Source: Haloferax volcanii DS2 (GTDB lineage Archaea; Halobacteriota; Halobacteria; Halobacteriales; Haloferacaceae). Taken from it: DNA of 32,000 bases. Within the stretch, counting starts at the first letter, position 1. Each line of letters opens with the position of its first letter. The stretch lies in contig NC_013967.1 of NCBI RefSeq assembly GCF_000025685.1, positions 480,001 to 512,000 on the forward strand, written 5' to 3'. Positions 10,290 through 16,044 of this stretch are shown piece by piece. The translations under genes and the position numbers were made by a program. The notes beneath the pieces were generated by a model that did not search any database, was not told where the DNA came from, and was given only the letters and a program-made list of their open reading frames with translations.

Positions 10290-11960
10290 ATGGACCTGCT
10301 TTCGCGACTCGCGGCGCTGGTCCCGGGGGTCGGGGCTCGGACGCGGACCGACGGCGGCGCACAGGCTGACGAACGAGGGACGGTCGCGGCGGCGGCCGAG
10401 CAGTTGCACGCCGGTGCCCTGCTCGACGGCGTGGGGACGCCGGTGTTCGTCCTCGACGCCGACGGGCGGGTCATCGCGTGGAACGACCCGATTACGACGC
10501 TCACGGGCGTTCCCGCGGCGGAGGCGCTCGGGTCGGAGCACGTGAGCGAACTGTTCTACCCGGACGGCCGGCGGGCGAAGACGCTCGCCGACAAGGTGCT
10601 CGACGACCCGCGGAGCGCCAACGTGGTCAACGGCCTCGACGTGGTCGACGAGGCCAGTCGGCTCTACCGCGACACCAGCACGATGACGGACCGACACGGC
10701 GCGGAGCGCCACATCGCCTTCACCGCCCAACCGCTGTTCGAGGGCGACGAACTGGTCGGCGTCGTCGAGGCGGTCCACGACCGGACCGACGCGGTGGAGA
10801 AACAGCGGGCGTCCGAGGCGCTCGTCGAGGAGGTCTCGACCACCATCGGGAGCCTCACCGCCGGCGACCTCTCGGCCCGGGCGTCGTTCACGGACGACCG
10901 CGGCGTCCTCGAAGACGAGACGCTGGCGGTCGTCTCGGACCTCAACGAGATGGCGACCCGGTTCGACCGCCTCGCCAGCGAGGTCGACGCCACGACCGCC
11001 GACCTCGGCGGGGCGATTCAGCGGGCCGCGACCGCCGCGACCGACATCGAATCGCAGGTCACGGAGCAGGCGGACCTCCTGTCGACGGGCGCAGAGGAGA
11101 TGCAGGAGCTTTCGGCCAGCATGGAGGAGATAGCGGCCACCTCTGACGAGGTCGCGTCGGCGGCGAATCAGGCCCGCGTGGCCGCCGAAAACGGCCACGA
11201 GGCCGGCCAGAGCATCCGGTCCGCGACCGACCAGGTCATCGACATCTCCGACGAACTGCTCGACAGCGTGACCGAACTCCAACAGCGCATGGTCGTCATT
11301 GAGGAGGTCGTCGAGGTCATCGCGGAGGTCGCAGACCGGACGAACCTGCTCGCGCTCAACGCGAACATCGAGGCCGCCCGCGCGGGCGAGGCCGGCGAGG
11401 GCTTCTCCGTCGTCGCCGACGAGGTCAAACAGCTCGCGAACCAGACCCACGAGCACACCGAAGAAATCGCGGACAGCATCACCGAGATTCAGGAACAGGC
11501 CGACGAGACGGTGCTGGCCTCCGAGCAGTCGCACGAGCAGATTCAGGTCGCCTCCGGCGAAATCGAGGACGTGCTCGCCTCGCTCTCCGAAATCGCCGAC
11601 GCCGCGGATTCCGCGGCCAACGGCATCACCGAGGTCGCTCGCGCGACCGACTCGCAGGCGACGAACATCGAGGAGGTCACGAGTACGATTCAGATGGCCC
11701 AAGAGCACGCGACCGCCGCCGAGGCGTCGACGACCGACATCACCGACGCGACGGCCGACCAGACGGTCGCCCTCGACGCGCTCGCTGACCGGGTGGACGC
11801 CCTCGTCGGCGGCGACGCGACGGCGGTCGAGGAACTGGACGCGATGGACTTCGACGACGCGGCCGGCAGCGCGGACGCCGACGCGGATGCCGACTCGGTT
11901 CGCGCGGCGACCGACGGCGGGTCGGACGACGAGTTCGGCGGGTTCCAGTTCGACCGGTAG
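10290..11960 (+). CDS. cytoplasmic methyl-accepting chemotaxis transducer with N-terminal PAS domain (556 aa)
   Basis: No TM segment is present. A PAS-like N-terminus ([30 protein letters not shown]...[30 protein letters not shown]) is followed by the MCP signalling domain [32 protein letters not shown]. Confidence 0.93.
   Translation: MDLLSRLAALVPGVGARTRTDGGAQADERGTVAAAAEQLHAGALLDGVGTPVFVLDADGRVIAWNDPITTLTGVPAAEALGSEHVSELFYPDGRRAKTLADKVLDDPRSANVVNGLDVVDEASRLYRDTSTMTDRHGAERHIAFTAQPLFEGDELVGVVEAVHDRTDAVEKQRASEALVEEVSTTIGSLTAGDLSARASFTDDRGVLEDETLAVVSDLNEMATRFDRLASEVDATTADLGGAIQRAATAATDIESQVTEQADLLSTGAEEMQELSASMEEIAATSDEVASAANQARVAAENGHEAGQSIRSATDQVIDISDELLDSVTELQQRMVVIEEVVEVIAEVADRTNLLALNANIEAARAGEAGEGFSVVADEVKQLANQTHEHTEEIADSITEIQEQADETVLASEQSHEQIQVASGEIEDVLASLSEIADAADSAANGITEVARATDSQATNIEEVTSTIQMAQEHATAAEASTTDITDATADQTVALDALADRVDALVGGDATAVEELDAMDFDDAAGSADADADADSVRAATDGGSDDEFGGFQFDR
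11349..11417 (+). repeat. 69-nt block identical to 9403-9471
   Basis: See the partner entry. The next base differs (a versus g, Asn versus Asp), then 10 more identical nt follow. Confidence 0.9.
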
Positions 11961-12023
11961 CGCGCCTCCTTCCGAGACGGTGGCGCTGTTGGAAACCCCA
12001 CCTACTGACAGTTTGTTGAGGCC

Positions 12024-12048
12024 GTGCTGACTTGATGGAAATTCTGCT
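12024..12048 (+). repeat. left terminal inverted repeat of the IS
   Basis: 24/25 complementarity with 13463-13487. Confidence 0.85.
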
Positions 12049-12059
12049 ATCCCTGCGGA

Positions 12060-12227
12060 GCGTGAATCAAGCATGGGACGCAAGAGACCGAGCTGTATTC
12101 CGTGCCCCAGAGCACGTGGTGCTGACTGGTCCGAGTGCGAAAGAAGCCGAGTTATGGGCGTCACAGCCCGGATGCCGCCGGGAGCGGCATCCGGGAAAGC
12201 CCGCATAGGTGAAGTTCTGATTCACGC
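12060..12227 (+). ncRNA. candidate structured RNA in the IS left end (5' leader, possibly bridge-RNA-like)
   Basis: A 10-bp long-range helix pairs gcgtgaatca (12060-12069) with tgattcacgc (12218-12227). It encloses a 5-bp hairpin (12101-12116) and an internal copy of the IS terminal 9-mer gtgctgact (12119-12127). It also encloses a perfect 12-bp hairpin (12167-12195) seated on a possible lower stem, gggc/gccc plus tat/ata. There is no expression evidence. Confidence 0.3.
12167..12195 (+). other. perfect 12-bp stem / 5-nt loop hairpin in the IS left end
   Basis: CCCGGATGCCGC-cggga-GCGGCATCCGGG. Confidence 0.8.
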
Positions 12228-12243
12228 ACCGCCGTCCTATCCC

Positions 12244-12249
12244 GGAGGA
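12244..12249 (+). promoter_or_regulatory. Shine-Dalgarno-like GGAGGA for the transposase
   Basis: GGAGGA lies 7 nt upstream of the ATG at 12257. This implies a leadered mRNA, unlike most genes in this window. Confidence 0.5.
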
Positions 12250-12256
12250 ACAAGCA

Positions 12257-13255
12257 ATGTACCTCGGAATCGACTTACACAAACGGTACGCACAGGTGGC
12301 AGTAATCGACAGCGAAGGCCAGATTGTCGAAGAGGTTCGCGTCACAAACGCGAACCTCGACGATCTCGCTCGACGCTACGCTGGCTCTCGTGCGGTCATC
12401 GAGGCGACCAGCAATTACTACCACGTCTACGATACGCTCGCGGAGTACTTGGACGTAACCGTCGCTCATCCAAGTAAACTGACGCTCATCGCTCACTCCG
12501 ACAAGAAAACCGACCGCGTCGACGCCAAAGAACTCGCGCGGTTGCTTCGACTCAACTCCGTTCCGCAGAGTTACGTTCCCACCGACGAGATCAGGCAAGC
12601 CCGCGCACTCGTGCGCGGGCGACAGACATTGGTCGAAGATCGCACCAAGTTCGCCAACAAGATCCACGGCTTGCTCGCTGACAACGGTATCACCCGCGAG
12701 GTGAAGCCACTGAGCGTGAAGGGATGAGAGTTCCTCCGGGAACTCTCGCTCCCGTCCCCGTGGGACGCGTTGTTGGAGTCGTACCTCGACGTGGTTGAGA
12801 CCCTGACCGAGCAGATGACACAGCTGGAAGCTGCGATTGAGGAGCGCGCTGGGTCTCTACCCGAGACCCAGCTGCTCATGACGATTCCTGGTGTCAGTTA
12901 CTACTCCGCGTTGCTGATCTACGCAGAACTTGGAGAAGTTGATCGGTTCGACAGCCACAAGGAGGTCGTGAGTTACATGGGGCTGACCCCGACGATCCGC
13001 GAGTCCGGCGACTCGCGGATCGAGGGTGGTATCTCGAAACGTGGTTCAGGACGGGTGCGGTGGATTTTGGTTCAGAGTGCGTACTCAGCAGTGTACACGT
13101 GTAAAGACGAGTATCTGAGCCGGTTCTTCCACCGGTTGAACCGTCGGATGACCCCGAAAAAAGCAATCGTTGCGACGGCGCGAAAACTGCTCGTCTCGAT
13201 GTACTACATGCTCGTCCGGGAGGAAATCTACGATCCACCGGGGGTGAGCGCCTGA
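12257..13255 (+). pseudogene. IS110-family DEDD transposase/recombinase interrupted by an in-frame TGA at 12725-12727
   Basis: ORFs 12257..12727 and 12770..13255 are in the same frame. The N-terminal part carries the DEDD motifs GIDLHKRYAQVAVID, VIEATSNYYH and KTDRVDAKELARLL. The C-terminal part carries the Transposase_20 motifs TIPGVSYYSALLIYAELGEVDRFDSHKEVVSYMGLTPTIRESGDS...ISKRGSGRVRWIL. Read-through would give about 332 aa, a normal family length. Confidence 0.85.
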
Positions 13256-13265
13256 GGAAGGGAGT

Positions 13266-13294
13266 CTGAGGAACGCCGGACTGGCGTTCCTCAG
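13266..13294 (+). other. perfect 12-bp stem / 5-nt loop hairpin 11 nt after the transposase stop
   Basis: CTGAGGAACGCC-ggact-GGCGTTCCTCAG. Confidence 0.8.
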
Positions 13295-13389
13295 TGGCCG
13301 GATGGAACCAGCGTGAGCGACAGCTATCGCGGAACTCGTACCGACCGCCTATCGGTTGTGGAGGTCTCAATCACCACGTTGTCCAGTGG

Positions 13390-13394
13390 TTTTT
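13390..13394 (+). terminator. oligo-T tract inside the IS right end
   Basis: A T5 run lies downstream of the transposase stop and hairpin. Confidence 0.3.
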
Positions 13395-13433
13395 CACCGT
13401 TGAAGAACGAGAGACACGAGATCGTGCGAACAA

Positions 13434-13440
13434 CTTTATC
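13434..13440 (+). promoter_or_regulatory. outward-facing TATA-like box in the IS right end
   Basis: CTTTATC is centred about 27 nt upstream of the first base of the IRR (13463), reading toward the element end. Confidence 0.3.
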
Positions 13441-13462
13441 GCTAGCGGTGGTTAGTTGAGCC

Positions 13463-13487
13463 AGCAGAATCTCCATCAAGTCAGCAC
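13463..13487 (-). repeat. right terminal inverted repeat of the IS
   Basis: 24/25 complementarity with 12024-12048. Confidence 0.85.
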
Positions 13488-13538
13488 GCCACTTCTGTCA
13501 GATTCCGAGGAACGCAACGGAGCCGAGACGCGCTCTCC

Positions 13539-14351
13539 TCAGTCGAGGCTGATTGCGCAGCTCTCGACGTAGTCGATGTCCTCGATGGAGTCGACCCCGC
13601 CCTCGCCGCAGACGGGGCAGTCCGGGTTCGTCCGATACGGGACCGTCTCGAACGTCATGTCCATTGCGTCGTAAAACAGGAGTCGCCCGTCGAGCGCCTC
13701 GCCCTCATCCAGCAGGAGTTTCATCGCCTCCGTCGCCTGAATACAGCCGACCGTGCCGGGGAGGACGCCGAGGACGCCGGTCGTCGCGCAGTCGGGGACC
13801 GTCCCCGGCTCGGGCGCTTCGGGGAACAGACATCGATAGCAGGGTCCGTCGGGGACGAGCGTCGTCGCCTGTCCCTCGAACTTGTATATCGCGCCGTGGA
13901 CCAGCGGGATTCCCTCGAAGCGACAGACGTCGTTGAGGAGATAGCGCGTCGGGAAGTTGTCCGAGGCGTCGACCACCACGTCCGAACCCGCGACGACCTC
14001 GTGGACGTTCGATTTGTCCACGCGGGCTTCGACCGGTTCGACCGACACGTCGGGGTTGAGCCCGCGGACGAACGCGGCGGCGCTCTCGGCCTTCGGCGTC
14101 CCCACGTCGTCGTCGCAGTGGACGACCTGCCGCTGGAGGTTGCTCCGCTCGACCACGTCGTCGTCGACCACGACGAGTTCGCCGACGCCGACCGCCGCGA
14201 GGTACTGGATGGCCGGCGCGCCCAACCCGCCCGCGCCGACGACGACGACCCGCGACGAGAGCAGTCGCCCTTGGCCCTCCGGGCCGACCTCGTCCATGAT
14301 GATGTGCCGCGAGTAGCGGTCCAACTGGGTGGCGTCGAGTGAGAGCGTCAT
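13539..14351 (-). CDS. ubaA: SAMP-activating E1-like enzyme UbaA (MoeB/ThiF family, 270 aa)
   Basis: The protein begins MTLSLDATQLDRYSRHIIMDEVGPEGQ and carries the GAGGLG nucleotide loop. It also has the CYRC and CPVC zinc motifs and the active-site Cys at position 188 (VPDCATTG). The track ORF (to 14594) is over-extended by 81 codons. A TATA-like CTTTATT (14376-14382, minus sense) lies 28 nt upstream of the ATG at 14351. Confidence 0.95.
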   Translation of the reverse strand: MTLSLDATQLDRYSRHIIMDEVGPEGQGRLLSSRVVVVGAGGLGAPAIQYLAAVGVGELVVVDDDVVERSNLQRQVVHCDDDVGTPKAESAAAFVRGLNPDVSVEPVEARVDKSNVHEVVAGSDVVVDASDNFPTRYLLNDVCRFEGIPLVHGAIYKFEGQATTLVPDGPCYRCLFPEAPEPGTVPDCATTGVLGVLPGTVGCIQATEAMKLLLDEGEALDGRLLFYDAMDMTFETVPYRTNPDCPVCGEGGVDSIEDIDYVESCAISLD

Positions 14352-14375
14352 ATCCCGAGGTTGGCGTCGCCCCCG

Positions 14376-14382
14376 AATAAAG
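14376..14382 (-). promoter_or_regulatory. TATA-like box for ubaA (leaderless spacing)
   Basis: CTTTATT in minus sense, centred 28 nt from the ATG at 14351. Confidence 0.45.
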
Positions 14383-14487
14383 CCGCGGCACGGGCGCGCC
14401 CCTCCCTCCGACCCCCGAACCACCGCCGCTGGCGACGACATCGCCGGAAGCGACGCGCCTTTGCCGCTCCGCCCGTTCACGTGGGGT

Positions 14488-14841
14488 ATGGTCGCCGAGA
14501 CGACGCCCGACGAACTACGCGAGAAACTGGCCGACGACGACGAGCTCGCCGTCGTCGATATCCGAGACCCCTCGTCGTACACGTCCGGCCACATCCCCGG
14601 GTCGGAGAACCTCCCGGCTGCGACGCTCGGCCCCGAGGTGTTCGACCGCGAGTGGCCCGCCGAGGTGGTCGTCTCGTGTTACGTCGGCAAGAGTTCGAAA
14701 CAGGTCGCCTCGGTGCTGGACAGCAACGTCGACGCCGACGTGTCCAGCCTCCGCGGCGGCTTCGACGCGTGGGACGGCGCGGTCGAAGACGGCACCGAGA
14801 GCGAGGGCGAAGCGGACCTCGGTCCCACGTCGCCGTTCTGA
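14488..14841 (+). CDS. single-domain rhodanese (sulfurtransferase) protein, 117 aa
   Basis: The sequence is MVAETTPDELREKLADDDELAVVDIRDPSSYTSGHIPGSENLP...VVVSCYVGKSSKQVA...LRGGFDAWD. The active-site loop is CYVGKS. The track ORF start (14329) is over-extended by 53 codons and overlaps ubaA. Confidence 0.85.
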   Translation: MVAETTPDELREKLADDDELAVVDIRDPSSYTSGHIPGSENLPAATLGPEVFDREWPAEVVVSCYVGKSSKQVASVLDSNVDADVSSLRGGFDAWDGAVEDGTESEGEADLGPTSPF

Positions 14842-14858
14842 GTCACTTCTGCGGACGC

Positions 14859-14862
14859 TTTT
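14859..14862 (+). terminator. short oligo-T after the rhodanese gene
   Basis: gcttttcg lies 18 nt after the stop. Confidence 0.25.
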
Positions 14863-14927
14863 CGACACCCGCGAGCCACGCGGACTCACTTGCCGGGAAC
14901 CGTGACGGGCGACCCGCACCGCCGGTT

Positions 14928-15119
14928 TCAGTTTCGAAGATAGAAGACGAAGACCGCGAGGCCGCCGAGCACCGGCAGGAGGACGAACGCGACGAAGAAC
15001 CCGACGGCCCACATGTCCGCCGTGTCCATCGCGCGGCGCTTCGCGTCGCGGTATATCCACACCGCACCGAGGACCGCGGCGGCAACGAGTATCGGTCCGC
15101 TGAGTTCGATACTGACCAT
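14928..15119 (-). CDS. small membrane protein, 63 aa, 2 TM helices
   Basis: The sequence is MVSIELSGPILVAAAVLGAVWIYRDAKRRAMDTADMWAVGFFVAFVLLPVLGGLAVFVFYLRN. It has a positive-inside loop between two hydrophobic helices and good GC3 bias. Confidence 0.55.
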   Translation of the reverse strand: MVSIELSGPILVAAAVLGAVWIYRDAKRRAMDTADMWAVGFFVAFVLLPVLGGLAVFVFYLRN

Positions 15120-15225
15120 AGGTCGATTCGATGGTCCGGCCCCGTCCCGATAAGCGTGGGGGCCTCGGGACGGAGCTACGGCTCGGCGGTCGATAAAGAG
15201 AGAAATCGGCGCGGTGCGCGGGGCG

Positions 15226-15816
15226 TTACTTGCCGCGGCCGTTGCCGGCGCGGATGGAGGGACGGTTGTGTTCCGTGCCCTTACCGCGGTTCTGGAGACC
15301 GCGGTTCTTCTTGCCCGCGTTGGTGAGACCGCGGAAGGCGCGGCCCTCGTGGGTGTCGTCGCAGATCCAGTTGAGGTCGTCGTCGTTCTGGATGGCCGGG
15401 TGCTCGGGGTCGACGAGGATGACTTCCTGCCACTTCTGGGAGCCGTCCTGTCCGACGCCGTAGGAGTTCAGCACGCGCAGGTTGGGGTGCTTGCGGGAGG
15501 CGCGCTCCTCCGCGATGCGCGGGATGGACTTCCGGCGGCCGATGCGGTTGACGCCCTGGCGCTTCGTGCGGCGGCCGGCCTTGTGGCGCTGTTTGCGCGC
15601 GCCGCCCTTGCGGACGGAGACGCGGACCACGATGATGCCCTGCTTGGCCTTGTAGCCGAGCTCACGGGCCTTGTCGAGGCGGGTGGGGCGCTCGATGCGC
15701 TCGATAGCGCCCTGGTTGCGCCACTCCTGTTTTCGCTGCCACTGGAGTTCGGCCAGCTTGCCTTCCTTCGGGGTCTTCCACGCTTCCTTGATGTGGGAAT
15801 AGAAGCTTCGTGCCAT
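15226..15816 (-). CDS. rpl15e: 50S ribosomal protein L15e
   Basis: MARSFYSHIKEAWKTPKEGKLAELQWQRKQEWRNQGAIERIERPTRLDKARELGYKAKQGIIVVRVSVRKGG... is unmistakable L15e sequence. Confidence 0.97.
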   Translation of the reverse strand: MARSFYSHIKEAWKTPKEGKLAELQWQRKQEWRNQGAIERIERPTRLDKARELGYKAKQGIIVVRVSVRKGGARKQRHKAGRRTKRQGVNRIGRRKSIPRIAEERASRKHPNLRVLNSYGVGQDGSQKWQEVILVDPEHPAIQNDDDLNWICDDTHEGRAFRGLTNAGKKNRGLQNRGKGTEHNRPSIRAGNGRGK

Positions 15817-16044
15817 TGTGTATCACCGCGGGCGCTTGCGATTCAGTCCGTCGGGGAACTCCCCTGAGACCACATTTCGTCCCGTGCGTGACGGGTGCCC
15901 TCTGGCGTGCCCGCGTTGCCAGCGAGTTGGCGGAACTACCAACAGGGGAGGGTTAAGGACTTCGGATTCTCACGGCGCGCGTGCCACCGACTCACGTGGT
16001 GAGGCGGCCGAAAAGGACGGTATCGAGGGTGCGCTCGATGCGGC

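Larger units (their letters stand above)
12024..13487 (+). mobile_element. IS110-family insertion sequence, 1464 bp, bounded by 25-bp inverted repeats
   Basis: The left inverted repeat (IRL) is GTGCTGACTTGATGGAAATTCTGCT at 12024-12048. The reverse complement of the right inverted repeat (IRR, 13463-13487) is GTGCTGACTTGATGGAGATTCTGCT, a 24/25 match. The element contains a DEDD/Transposase_20-type recombinase gene. The GC content is visibly lower than in neighbouring genes. gcc lies directly outside both ends. Confidence 0.85.

Noticed and set aside
8308-10362. 684-aa minus-strand ORF overlapping basT.
   Set aside because: It is a shadow ORF antisense to basT, with a low-complexity Gly/Arg/Asp/Val-rich product.
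9219-12206. 995-aa ORF on the minus strand, the longest in the window.
   Set aside because: It is antisense to two transducer genes with unmistakable MCP homology and even runs into the IS left end. Its composition is R/G/V/D/A-rich low complexity with no recognisable motifs. This is a typical stop-codon-poor shadow frame of GC-rich DNA.
12073-12477. 134-aa highly basic ORF starting in the IS left end and overlapping the transposase start in another frame.
   Set aside because: There is no motif, and it is an Arg/Ser/Pro-rich product typical of an out-of-frame reading. The region is better explained as structured leader RNA plus the transposase N-terminus.
13451-13462. gttagttgagcc, just inside the right inverted repeat, resembles the left flank gtttgttgaggcc (12011-12023). 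This could be read as a target-matching guide or as a direct repeat redefining the IS ends.
   Set aside because: A 9/10-type match is about what chance gives for the search space of both non-coding ends against both flanks. Redefining the ends would require the chromosomal flank to be an inverted copy of the element's own left end, which is less parsimonious than true terminal inverted repeats.
13268-13515. The 9-mer gaggaacgc is shared between the right-end hairpin arm (13268-13276) and the flank 20 nt outside the IS (13507-13515).
   Set aside because: My rough chance expectation is about 0.1-0.2 for this search space. It is not adjacent to the junction where a guide/target match would be expected. 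It is kept only as a note for anyone testing the bridge-RNA idea.
15817-16044. 228-bp spacer upstream of rpl15e with several small hairpins (GGGG-aact-CCCC and CCCGT-gcgtg-ACGGG), considered as a ribosomal-protein leader or ncRNA.
   Set aside because: There is no TATA at leaderless spacing and no convincing extended structure or recognisable RNA family. GC-rich DNA yields such 4-5-bp stems readily. I cannot support a feature call without transcript data.
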